This document shows, piece after piece, positions 26,184 to 39,091 of a DNA stretch of 64,000 bases. Origin of the DNA: Balanoglossus misakiensis (taxonomy: Eukaryota; Animalia; Hemichordata). Positions within the stretch are counted from its first letter, which is position 1. Each line of letters opens with the position of its first letter. Made by a program: the position numbers and the translations under genes. The notes under the pieces were generated by a model that saw nothing but the letters and a program-made list of their open reading frames with translations, did not search any database and had not been told where the DNA came from. The stretch covers positions 11,282,286-11,346,285 of the forward strand of contig CM082581.2 of the NCBI GenBank assembly GCA_040954595.2, read 5' to 3'.

Positions 26184-27294
26184 TGGTCACGTGACCACCG
26201 ATGGAAAGTGCCTCATGATCGACATGAAGGCTTGCTATGCTGGCCGCAGTTGTGTGTCGTGTACAGAATAATTACGCATTAATATATACACCGTTAGATT
26301 GTCTCAGTCACGCTAGCTGAACTGCGGATTTTTGAGGCTCTTCCGAACGTTGAGTAAGTATACACTATAAGCATTGTCTTGTTGCCATAGTTGGCAGGCT
26401 GGCTGTTTGCTTCGATTGCACGAGTTTAAGGAATGCGTTTATCACCCGTTCGTACGAACGCATGATTCACTGTCACGGTCCAGTCGAAGAATCACAATTT
26501 GTTTGATTCACTTTACTCTTCCGTTTCTCCATGGTAGCAATTCACGAGTACATCGTCGTTGTGCATATACGTACATTTACTGCATTCAGGCCCCTAGTAT
26601 ATGCGATTATGCGTCCATTATCAGCAATTTGAAAACATATATTTTTTCAGACATTTCAGCCTACAAATATTCACGACCCTCAGTCTTAAAATATTGGCTT
26701 CTTCGCTACATATCAAGTACGCTAGTCAGTATGTAAACATTGAAACCCATTTAAAATTAACGAGCGGTCAATTATTAAAATAAAACCACTTCTATTGTAA
26801 AAGTAAACTTCATCTTCAGATGAATAGTTATAGTCATTACTGTGTCAATTAAAAAAGGTAATAATTTATTTATAGACTGACAAGCAATAGTCAACACTGT
26901 CGACTTTTTGTCAAATTAATCCTTACGGTGCGGCCCACTAAATTTTGACGTCATGCTTGATAGAGCCACACAAATTTCAAGCTCGCTCTGTTCAAACCGC
27001 CATCTTGTCACTCAGATCTTTGGGCGCGCTCTTCCGTGACTGTTATTCATACGTAAGTATTTTTATATTTGATCACAAGACGTTCCGACCTCTATAAGCG
27101 GACATGACCTCACAGTTTCAATTTTCGATGTTTTGTTGCAGAAGTCGTCATCAAGAATTCCGAAAAACGGAGTAAAGTGGTACTAGCAGAAATGATGGCA
27201 AAGATAGTTTCGGTGACTGCTGTTATTATCTCGTGTCTCCTCTCCAGTAAGTGGTTTATTTTCTGATATAGAAACTGAAGATTCGTGACGTCAC
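26184..27294 (+). promoter_or_regulatory. Promoter region and 5' non-coding exon(s) of subunit B
   Basis: Palindromic E-box TGGTCACGTGACCA 26184-26197; donor GA|GTAAGT after 26353; CRE TGACGTCA 26946-26953; YY1-like CCGCCATCTTG 26997-27007; donor AC|GTAAGT after 27052; acceptor TTGCAG at 27141 (89-nt intron); second CRE GTGACGTCAC 27285-27294. Confidence 0.6.
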
Positions 27295-30200
27295 AATGCA
27301 ATGATAACGAGATAATGTTTCGTGAGCAAATAGACATTTTAGTGATTTCGATTAAATCACCCGGAAGAAAAAAGATTACATGATAGAAGCAACTAATTAC
27401 ACCAAATTATATGATCCAAGTATGCAGCGGTTCAGAATTTGGTTCATTTTATGATTTCAGTAATTCTAACATTTTGTTCTAAATCCTTGTGCAGGCTGTT
27501 TAAATATGATATGTCGAGAGTGCTATAGTATAATAAATTGTCTGATCATTTTATAAATTCTGATATATGTATTTACATATACAGGTGTTGTTGGTTCAAG
27601 GGAAGAAAGCTTGCTACAAGATTATCTGTTTGACAGTGGCAAGTATAACAAACAAATTCGACCAGTAAAAAAACACAACGAGACACTCATGTTGGAATTC
27701 GGCTTATCAATAACACAGATACTCGATGTGGTAAGTCTAGAGGACATTGGCTGTTTTATCATTTAATTAAGAATGAAAATTATACGTTTCAGTTTTGTGA
27801 TTATTCGCGTAGAAGTATGGGTTAATTAATCTCTTTATATATTATTAATATATGACAAAATACCATTTAATACTTATTTCCCTGGTCGAGTGTTATCTGT
27901 AAGACCTGAAACCCCAGTTGGTTAGCGATAAGCAAGACATCTCATATTCAATTGTACTGACGCCATTAGTAGGGCGAGACTTGCCTGAATTGAGACAGTT
28001 CACGCGAGATTTGCCTGAATTGAGACAGTTCACGCGTTTTCACGGTAACGTGATCATACTAATAGCAGCAATCGCTGATCAGAAGTGAAGGGATTATTTG
28101 CATTGCTGCTTCTGTTGTTTGTCAGCAACTTCACACGGGGCAGAAAGAACGCCCAATTTCGATTTTACGACAACTGTCTTTGCTAAAAATCCCACGATGC
28201 ATGTAACAGTTCTTGTTACCATCGTTACGATGTATGTCAGAAATGACATCATTTATAACGATACGGAGGGAAAATCAGGATTAAGGCATATTTATTAGGA
28301 CAGCACAAGTCCTGCCAGATGTGTCTGCATGATGTTTGTACATGTCTAAACAGATGGCGACACCATTTTTGCTTTCAATGTCGCTTCGTTTTAATAAATG
28401 GTTCAGTGTTGGGGTCACACCACTGCCATTTTGTACCCCAACCTCCCATTTCAACAAAGCTCCTATACTAAGATCGTACATAAAGCCGGATTGCACCAGA
28501 ATATATTGATGAATGTCAAAGTATACTTTAACAACAATGCTATAGTTTCATCAAGGGAGACATTCAGGAAAGAGATAATGCATAGTTATGTGTCCCTTGG
28601 GAACAGTGTCAGTGTTACCGATCTTTTTACCATTCAAGCTTGTCTTAAATGTTTAGAAAAACTACAATGTTCATTCAGTGGCTTTCATCTCAGAGAAATT
28701 TCTCTTTTGTGTTGATAGCACGAGAAGAAACAGGTGGTGATATCAAGCTGCTGGGTGGAACAGGTTTGTAACCTAAACATTTTGACTCATCTTACTTCTT
28801 GGTTTTAGAAGGTACTATGCTCCTCGAAAATCAAAGTCTTAAATATTTTATTTCATATTTTGCTCCAGGCAACTTAATATTATCCTTTTGTTTAAATTGA
28901 GAATAAAAATAAGGGGTCACCGTGCAAAATTTTAAATGACAGAGCAACATTGTTTCTAATTGTCTCACATTTTGAATTCAAAATGGCCGCCAATCGTTGT
29001 ATTAACTCTATGGAGAAATGGAGAAAAGATATCGATTTTCATGATTGAAAGTTTCTGGAACTGAGCAATTTATACATGTTTATCACCCCTTCGCAAGGTT
29101 TGGCACGATTATCGTTTGGAATGGAATCCAGCTAATTATAGTGGTATGGATTTCATCGTAGTGTCGAGTGATCGAGTATGGAGACCGGATGTTGTTCTTG
29201 AAAACAGGTACGTCGTTATAGAAACATTTGAGAGAGGAAGAGAGAAAGATTCATGCCCAAATAATACATGATTACGAAGCGCCAGAACTTATATGAACTG
29301 TTTTGCTTACAGTGCGAATGGACATTATGATATTCCTACATCACAGTTCGTCACCATAGAGGCTGATGGGATGGTATACCTGACCCCACCTTCTATTTTC
29401 GAAATCCCATGTACCATGGACATCAAGTTTTTCCCATTCGATGTGCAGCACTGTGAACTTCACTTCGGGCCCTGGGAATATACCAGTGATCAGATACAGC
29501 TCGAACCAATGTACAACACTGTTTTGAAAGGTAAATATACAGAGAATACGGAATGGGCTCTGGAGAATTCTACTGTTGATTTGAAGGTGGATATTTCTGA
29601 ATGCTGCCCAGACGAGTCTTTCAGTGTTCTTATCTTCACCCTGGTACTCGAAAGAAGACCGTTGTATTACATCATCAACATTGTGGTCCCGTGTCTACTG
29701 ATGGCTCTTTTAACTCTCTTGGTGTTCTGTCTGCATCCCGACTCTGGCGAAAAAATGACCCTCAGTATTTCCATCCTTATAGCCATGTCTGTGTTCAGCT
29801 TACTGGTGGCGGATATCATGCCGCCTACGTCTGAAACGGTGCCCCTTATCGCCCAGTACGTACTCTTCAATATGTATCTCGTTGCCGGCTCCATAGTCGT
29901 TTCTGTGGTCGTTCTCGGCTTGCACCATCGGCCAACCTACGCGCTAAGATTGCATCCTTTGGTGCGAAGAATCTTCCTGGAGTTCCTGCCGGTTGTTCTG
30001 TGCATGAAGCAATGTGGTTACAGCGAGAAGGGGAAGCCTTCCGACTTTCCCATCTCTATTCAACATCTTCGAGAGCTTAGAGCCAATGAACACCAGGTGT
30101 ACATGATAACCAATGCTAAACACGAAGACAACCACGCCACAGTGGATGGCAGTAGAAAAAACAAAAACGTGAACAAAGGCAAAACAGAGGTAGACTATGG

Positions 30201-31602
30201 ATCAAACGAAGATTTGGCAAAACCAAGAGACATTAGTGTCTTGCGAAAGTTGCTGGATGAGGTGACCAGAATCCGAAGACGAACAGAACAGCTGGAAACA
30301 GAAAAAGTGGTATGTATCCCTTTTGTTGCATATTTTACGAGAGAGATTTTATGGTAGTTGATTGCGAAAAGACATCAAAGAACAAAATCACTTGCTGACA
30401 TGTAAAATGTCATAGGTTAACCCAGATAACAGCTTAGATAATTTACAGTCTTCTTTGTACACTATTAGTTCTGAAAATTAACCAAGTCTTCACTCGGCAA
30501 GTAAGCCCATGACATTGGCACACTATAGAAATGCATTACAAGGATTGGTTGCGAGGTTTAGTGGCAATGAATAATAAACTAACACTTAATACCTGCAGTG
30601 TGTATGTGTTTGTAATGATAAATGACTTCTAGATGATAGTCTTCGCCTCAAAGGGGTATTGGAGTTTGTGAAAAGCAATCTGAACACAACACAATCGCAC
30701 CATTTAAATTGCCATTCCATCCAAACTGTTGTTTGTTTGCGAGTCCTTTCCTCTCCAATTCATCTAAACCATTGTGAAGTAATAAATTACATGTCATCGT
30801 GATAAATGAAAATGATTGGCATCACTAGTTTGATGGAATCACAGAAATATATATATTATTTTACGTGTAATCTGTCGTTGAATTATTAAAGGGGACATAT
30901 CAAATCCTCCTGATTTAGTTTTAATTCATTTATAATTCATCTTTTTAAGGCGTATCAATACGCCAAACTATGCTCAAATTACCAATGACGCAGTATGAAA
31001 GATAGCAAAGATGTAACCTTTTAATCTACATGTCCTTGGTTAGATGAACTACATGCATACATGTAATGTTGGACAAGACAGGCTTACAGAAAGGAATAGA
31101 CGTCTATTGAAAGACTCGTTAACAGAGAACTGAGAATCATCTACAACCGTCTCTGACTTACAGGGAATCATTTTTTATTGAACCTAGAAAAAGCAGACGT
31201 CAGAATACCACAAGCACCTCTGGGGGTGGGGGTGGAAGGGAGAACTCGGACAATATTATCCCCCCTTTCACGTATGTCCATATGGCACCTTAATTTTTTT
31301 TCGCCAGATCCAGCACATAACATGTGCATTATATAAAAGGCCTGTATAGATATACCAGGTAGATATTTGGATCATTGTGATCAAATTGCCATTTAAGTGC
31401 CAGGTTGACTTGACATACACGTATTTCAAATTTATAAGCAAATCATCAAGCACAACTCATAATTGTTACATTTATCCTACAGATGCTGGACGAATGGAAA
31501 TACATTGCGAAAGTTGTGGATCGTCTCTTTCTGTGGCTGTCGCTGTTAGTTTATATTACAGGCACCATCATCATGTTTACGAAGCCAGGCATGAGACATT
31601 GA
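27192..31602 (+). CDS. Nicotinic acetylcholine receptor-like subunit B, alpha-type (vicinal Cys), 490 aa, 6 coding exons
   Basis: Exons 27192-27246 (signal peptide), 27585-27730, 28719-28763, 29098-29207, 29313-30309, 31483-31602; total 1473 nt. Cys-loop CTMDIKFFPFDVQHC, loop C ISECCPDESF, M2 GEKMTLSISILIAMSVFSLLVAD, M4 EWKYIAKVVDRLFL. Confidence 0.94.
27974..28036. repeat. 30-bp tandem duplication (2 copies)
   Basis: GCGAGA(C/T)TTGCCTGAATTGAGACAGTTCAC x2, one mismatch. Confidence 0.9.
28808..29040. mobile_element. Probable interspersed-repeat fragment (non-autonomous DNA element) in an intron of subunit B
   Basis: Motif string GGGGTCACCGTGCAAAATTT...TTTGAATTCAAAATGGCCGCC...TTAACTCTATGGAGAAA looks repeat-like. 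No TIR or TSD resolved. Confidence 0.35.
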
Positions 31603-34600
31603 TGATATGAAAGAGATACGTGTTGAACGCTAAGCGATTGGCTTTTTGATAGCTTTTGATCAGCACTATCTCCCGCAAGACCAAAAAAGTCACAGAGCCA
31701 GAATGGCCACAATGCGAGTATGCCACTTTGTTAGGTATATATCAGGACAATTGTTTCACGACGAATCTTTTAGGAGAGAGAGAGAGTGACGATAAACAGT
31801 TGCATTTATCGGATAATCCTGTATCATTCAAAACACAATTGTTACTTGTGTGCGTTATGCGATAACTCATTAATGTGCACAGTCTGTATACTGGTGTCAG
31901 TGCTAGACATTTTTAGACATGTTTAACTAAGTCGCGTCTTATCTTCTTTTAATGAAAAGTCATTTTATCGACGATATCAAAAGTAGCATGGCACGATACC
32001 ATTACGATTGCGAAATTCTGACATTATCAATACTATGATGGATTATGAACCTATTTAAAAATAACTTATTTTTTGTCTAGATAAACGATACAAATAAAAC
32101 AAAATGATTTATTCATGTCCAGGCTGTCATAATAAATGTTATGACAAACATTAGAGTATTTGCTCTTGCATTTAGGTTTTATAATAAAAAGTCAGTTGTG
32201 TAGTGTGTTTGCTCCAGTGTGTCATGTTAGAAAACAGTTTCTACGTGTTGTTAGAAATTGGCCTGAATGTGTACAATGTGATTTTGTGATCTGAATTGAC
32301 AAGAAACCCATATTTTGTGTAACTGCATTTTTGAGAACAAGTCACCTTGTGATGTGTAAATGAATTACACTTCTTACCGCCAACGTGTAATAAAATGGAC
32401 ATAAGCTTACGTACGATACGTTATCGTTGCATTTAATGACATAACCCATCTGTTTTTACAAATACATGTAACTTTGTTGAGGAAATAATTGTCATTCGAA
32501 CGGATTATGATTTTTTATGTGGCTTTTGTATTCTTTTATATATATTTAAAGGTTACATCTTTACATGTAAGACATCCAGTTCCCGCCAGTGATGTTATAG
32601 CCCCTTTATTATTCGTGTTCATCCGCCAACACAAAGTCTGTTAAACTATAAATGTGAATAGAATGCCATCGATTTTAGTCTAATCACTCCCTGGAAATCG
32701 CAAGGGAGTAGGCGGAGAAGAGCTTGATAAGGATGATAACGTCTATGCGTACTCTTATATTTAAATGCACTATGCATCTTTCCTATATACAACATCCTTC
32801 CTGCAAAATGGCACCTGCACTCATGCATTACAGACACTAGGCGAACGAAGTCTGTACATCAGTGTTCCCCTCCAATGCTCATAATTTATTCATGGCCAAT
32901 TTACCTTTCAAGGGAATCACCCCCTATTGTGAGAATATTAAAGTGAGGTTTATCGCATGAAGTTTAATGAAACTACAAAAACACTATCTCGGGTAGAATA
33001 TAGGTGGGAAATGTACACGAGAGTGGCCTTAGTTTATTGACACTGAATATTATATTAATTAAATATCATTGTCCTTCAGTGTAGCACGTACATGTCATTT
33101 GTATGCATGGACTATGCGTTGTAAACAAATACATGTCAACATCCAAATTTCATTTTTTAAACTTGATATATGCATGCATATGCCATAAAACAGTGGGCAT
33201 AAACGTGTACGTGTACATATGTATACTCTGAGTATTTCGTGTATATGAAACATTTACAAACAACGATTGATTTCTTGCAAGGACCAGATGTATTGGGACA
33301 TACATGATAATAAATATGTCATTGGTGACTGTTGCGGTACGTTAAAGCCTTTTAATATGACCAGTGAATATACTCTTCATTTTACGGAGGTGTCTGTGAG
33401 GAGGATACGCTTGTTAAGATCACTCTTGGGAAATGGTTTCCATTTAAACAACACATTGTTCACTGAATCGTAACTATTTTTATGCAATACTGTTACCACG
33501 TCATGTACAATCTTCTTATACAACCAGGGGGCTATTATTGGCTTACTGTATCGTGACAAAAGCTGGGAGGGTCACAGCCCTATATAGGCCTATGTGGTAG
33601 TTCATTCAGCATTGCTCCAAGCAAAGGTGGGATCAAATCGAGCAGCGCGACAAGCTGTCTCCTATTTAAAAGTGACATATTCGACATGGTAATATTACCC
33701 TCTTGCAAGTTCTAAACTTTTTCGACCACTCGGCTACTTTTTGGTCTTGTATCGTCGAATCGTTGTCTGCCTGCATTTGCTTCTAGTCAGAAACTATGGA
33801 TGATTCTGTCTTTTTAGAATGTTTACTTGTGTTTCTTTTGTTATTTTGGGAAATTCACGGAACTTGTTGTGACACGAAAATAGTATTCACGTCGTACGAC
33901 AATGAGACCATTTTTGGTGCAGGACTCATTTCAGTGGTGTATGTTGGAGAAAGCAATCAAAAGCAAAAGTCAAAATATATCGCAGTTTAACAATCAACTG
34001 GTCAAAAGCAAAAACTCCCCGTTGATGTTATTATGTTATTATTTCATGCGAAGTCATCACTGTTCCTGGTGACATTTCCGCCCTACAGAGCAGATACAAA
34101 GACTTAGGGGCGTAGACAATATAACATTTCACATGGTGATGACAGACGCTACGCATGGCTGAAGCCTTGACAATTTATCATAATAAAAAATTCATCATAT
34201 GCTCACTTTCTGGGGAATTCCGCAATGCACCATCGCCGACCAAAGAATACAGGCACATGATTACTGTGAAAATAATATTGTGTCGGTTTATTTAAAACAG
34301 GAACGTGCGTCGCAGCAGGAAGTCTAAAATGTAATAAAATTATTTTCAATAAGAATACAAAGGCACGTTTTAAACAACACAAACGGAGAAAAATAAACGA
34401 ATCCTAATAGAACACCTTGCATATTTAAGGGGAAATATGAAGCCCTGCAATGATGGCTAACAAAGAGATAGAACAGAGGCAGAACATCAAGCAACAATGA
34501 ACAAATGTGTCTTGTTTATGTTGTGAGCAATGTGCACACATAAACAGAATGAAACCTGGCAATTTCGTAAGTCACAGCTGTCGGGTTAGAAAAGTTCAAT

Positions 34601-36806
34601 GCCCCAATATGTTTCTCACGAAACGTTACCCAGGCAAATTAGTTCAGACCACAGCTGCCCTGCGCAATGCCAGCAATCTGGTGACCCGACAGACACACTC
34701 ACACGGGATTAACGTAAATAATTAGCATAAAGCAATCGGGCGGAAATCCGGAAACTACTTCAAGAATTATCTCCGTAGTTTTCTTGAGAACAGGAAATTA
34801 ACTGGCAGTATACGTTTACTTGGGTTGTACGAACTGCAGACGAATTGAACCATTTGCTACAGATTGCTAAGATTGACATGCGTGGGACAAATGTCTAGCC
34901 ATAAGTGTTGAACAGCAAAGACATGACTTGAGACGTGAAAAGGGGCATACAACAAACAAACTGCATTTTCCATTCAATGTCAATGACGTCACTCAAGGAT
35001 TTCATACAAAGTGTCAATGATGTTAAGAGTGAGGTACTTGAAACCCAGATGTCAGATTCATGAATCGACCGTCTGTTCTTTGGGTTCGTTGACAGTCTTA
35101 ATTGAACCTCGAGAATATTTTCGGCGGAATTGAATAATCCTTATCTCTTCACGTTTTTGTCCATTTGACTAATTCAAAATGTCTACAAACACGTCCTTTT
35201 AAACTCTGAATCTTTCTTACCAGTGACGTTGGTATACTTCATCGATAAGGTCATTTTTCAAAATCGATGAATCACGATGTAAACGATTAGCACAGACATT
35301 TAGTAGTTATGGAATTTAATGACTCCCTTGGCAAACACAGCAGCAGTATGCTCTTGACGCAAATTGATTTTCTGTGTTGTGCACACGTTTCTGCCGAATA
35401 CACCAAGTGTGTACTCTTCAATTGAGTTGGGACTTTTATAGAAACTGTCATCGTCGTTTTCATCGACAGAATGACTTGTGAATATATTCTCTTTTAAACT
35501 ATATTACGTTAAAGTGAAGTAAAATAACTTTTCATTCGAAGAAAAAGCACGACATAAAGTTTATCATTTTAGATACAAGTTCCACATGCTTAACTAAGGA
35601 GTATACGTATAGCATAAATGGGTCTAACTTTGAAAGCGACGGGGTACTTTGTTCATTTTTGTTCTCATTGTAAAATCGACGATATAACTATTTGGCTTCG
35701 AAAGCAAGCAGTAATTTATGTCTTATGGGGATATTATTGATGACATTAATCTTTCAGTAACTGACAGAGCATTACCCATTTGAAGTCTTTTCCCTGTTCG
35801 TGAGGCATAATCTAGTCTAATCCAAACCGAAGCGAAGTTAAGCATTTTAATATTACATATTCGAATGCGGGAAGACTTTCAACACGTGACGGTTTAGCCC
35901 ATGGCTTCAGCAGACATCGGATCATCGTAAGCCTTCCGATATGAATACGTCATCAAAAATACTAAGCAAGTGTCGTGTAGCTATGACTACCTGTGAAACG
36001 TTTGGCTGACGGTAATGAGACGCATCCATTATCATATAAATCATGGTCGAAATGCTGGACCTTCTCCATTAATTCATTGGATTTAGTTCAACGACCGAAT
36101 AGTCAATTTGCTTTGTCCTTGATGTGCACATATTTCATTCCCGAATAGGCAAGGAACTATGCATATACTTGAATTGACTTTATTTGTATGATGCATCAAC
36201 GTTTTATGAAATGTTCATAGAATCATTTCGTTAAAGTTCTTGATCTTGCGATTAATATACACAGTTCTGGGAATAAAGCAAGGAACACAGACAAATGTAC
36301 ATCTGAGACTTTATAACTACGTAAACACAACTCTGCTATTGTTATCATACGACCCTTTCTTTCGAAGGCACATCGTCATGAGCCGACAGTGAACGTGAAC
36401 CACCATTATTGAAATTCCATCCTGTACTTCTGATCTCTGTCGAGATACTCAAAATTACCGCCCTTGCAAAGTAATGATGGGACCCAGTAAAACATTATAC
36501 TTAAGCTTATCAATGACTTTCGGCTTTTTGTGGCAATTAAAACAATGAAGGGTGATAAATAACAGATCGAGTAGATCAGCAGCAACATTGAAGATTGATT
36601 GGCGTAAAATATATATAGACCGTGGTCTTGAAAGCCTTGGTCGAAAACTAAAGAGAAACATGGCCTATTTAAATGGAGAGAATTGTTCGCTTGGTCAAAT
36701 AACACGATCTGCGGATTCGTCTGACTGAAACTATGACCTATCAATCGCATTTTTCTCACTAACAGGGAAAATACACAAATGTCTCGATCGGTATTTCCAA
36801 CATCAA

Positions 36807-37618
36807 TAGCGCCACCAGCAGGTATGACGACCTTCTTGAATAATAGACGAAGATGTTAATTCTTCGTTAAGATATTACGAGTCTTAAAATGAAATTTAAT
36901 TCTTAAGCCTTATCGCAAGGTGGCGCTATGTCAGAATGTTTGCTACATGTCGACGGTGGTACTTAATTCAATGACAAGAAAATCACATTTATTCCTGGTT
37001 ATCCAGAAAGGAGCCTCTCTTGAGGGCGCCGTGTATGACCTTTTGCTGGTATGGCAAGCCTTTACCACTTTTTTGTTTTACACCCGAACCGACCAACAGG
37101 CCGCAACAAAAGAAATGGTCAAAGACAGCACACGTACACCATACCAGTCTATTTACATTAATTTGCAGATACGAGTAATATTCACTATAGGTTAAATAAT
37201 ATTTACATTAAACTACAAACTAAACTCGAGCGTGACCAGGTGACCAAACAAAATTTCAACCAAGTCCAACAAACAGTTCGGTGACTCGACGCACAACAAT
37301 TCTGGCCTTTCTGTCCGTTTTACGCCAGTGTACAAAAGACAGCCACGTACCTCAAATGCAGTTCCAGCGTGTAGTCCACAGACAGCCACGTATTACCTCA
37401 AATGCAGTTCCACCGCGACACGGAAACTCGCTCCCTCAGGACGGCTCCCAAATTCCACCACGGCTTCACCAAGTCCCTTCGGCAGTGTCAATCCTCAGCT
37501 ACCACAGTAGACAGGCAAACTCCGTACGGTGGGCTCCCAAACTCCGCGACAATGCGACGGCACAGCTACCAGACCAGAATCAAATGAGCCACGCGACAAC
37601 GTCGCACTAGGTGGCTGT
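36807..37618. promoter_or_regulatory. Cluster of CTCF-like motifs between subunits B and C
   Basis: (-)CCTGCTGGTGGCGCTA 36807-36822, (+)TCGCAAGGTGGCGCTA 36913-36928, weaker TCTCTTGAGGGCGCCG 37016-37031, (+)GCACTAGGTGGCTGT 37604-37618. Confidence 0.45.
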
Positions 37619-37725
37619 TGTATGAGCAAAACTAATGAACACCTTGTCACGTTTATATGTTAATTAATGCAATCAACATAGGTGCACCTGGCCACGAAAC
37701 AAAACAAACAATAAACTTCACCACA
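37032..37725. mobile_element. Possible solo-LTR-like or other repeat insertion
   Basis: ~690-bp block with a GC-richer core, bounded by TGT...CACA. Contains an internal near-duplication AGACAGCCACGTA(TTA)CCTCAAATGCAGTTCCA and a TATA-like CATATAAAC on the minus strand. No matching TSD. Confidence 0.3.
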
Positions 37726-39091
37726 TATTTAATTAAATTAAATCCTCTTCATTGTAATTTCATCACCAATAACGAAAACTACAATACAACATGTAGCAAA
37801 GGTTTTCTCTGTGCCATGGTCAACACCTATTGTTATTTGTGTGACTACCAGTAAATATCAACGTAACACACAATTCAAGGCTTCGCTGTGTTAAATTGGG
37901 AAGGTTATCTGAATTCACGGACCTTGGAATACGGAGTGTGTAATTATGGTAAACATCAATCTAGCGCTGGATTACAACAGTCTTTCATTTAGTAATATTT
38001 ATGGCCACAATTTGCCAGGCGATTAACTATGAGACAACTGCAACTGAAGAGTCTTTCTTTACATTGCCATCGTGTACGCCAGGCCATTTGGAAGCAGTAG
38101 AAGCCCTTGAATTCTATGGGACTATACTACACATGAACGTCGATCACGTATTTGACTAATTTGCTCTTTAATTGACGAATCTTTCTAATGGCATCGGTAA
38201 ATTACAAATTTGCATAAACCTTGGTCCGCCAAGTGAAAAGAGACGCATATTTCACCTTGTTGATTACGTCGTGGGATCGTAAAAATGAAAATCTAAATTC
38301 GCCGACAGTATCTGAATTATGTCCCGACTCGTTTAGGTTTAATGTAAGCGTAATATTCTCTTAACTCTGCACCTGTGACCCTGCTGTGGATTCCTGCACT
38401 GACTTTATAACAAGAGGGTGCCCAACGTCAGGTAAGCCTCGTCATTCTTACAATGCGATGCACGAAAATTAATAAAACTTAGATATAGCTGCTTGACTTT
38501 ATAATTTTAAACTTTTTTTATCTCTCAGTTTTTGACGAATGAGCACGCCGTTAAATCAACAATTGGCGGAAACTGACAGAATAGTTCATATACATACCAT
38601 TTATAAACCTGGTTTCCTTGCAACCCTATACCAAACGTCACGAAATCTTTAGACAGATGACGCCCAGTACTCAAATTGGTCTATTGAATTTCAACATTCA
38701 TCCATACTGTTATTCTGTCCCAGCCATCGCCTTTCTGTCCCCAGTCTCATAAAAATTTAATTCCCATATTGCCAGTCATATAATTGGTACCATAAATCAT
38801 AATCTAAACTACCTCAAAATAACGCTAGGAAGTTCAATCTAAATTAATTGCCATGAAACAATCTTTGTCAGTATATTAGCATATATTACTTTAAAACAGT
38901 GTTAAATAGAGTAAATGACAGCACTAATATCATTATGATATATCATATTATTTTTAAATTACCACAGCAGTTAAGTAAACTATTTGCCCTCATTAAAGAC
39001 CATTGGAATGGATTTGATCAAACATTACTTCTCACTTTCAACGTCTTCCTAAATACAACAGTAATGTTTATCAAAGATTGTTTCAGTGACC

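Noticed and set aside
27974-28036. CRISPR-like direct repeat
   Set aside because: Two adjacent copies with no spacer, inside a eukaryotic intron, and no cas genes.
37281-37610. 109-aa and overlapping ORFs as a gene
   Set aside because: They lie in a GC-richer repeat-like block with an internal duplication, and show no domain or splice support.
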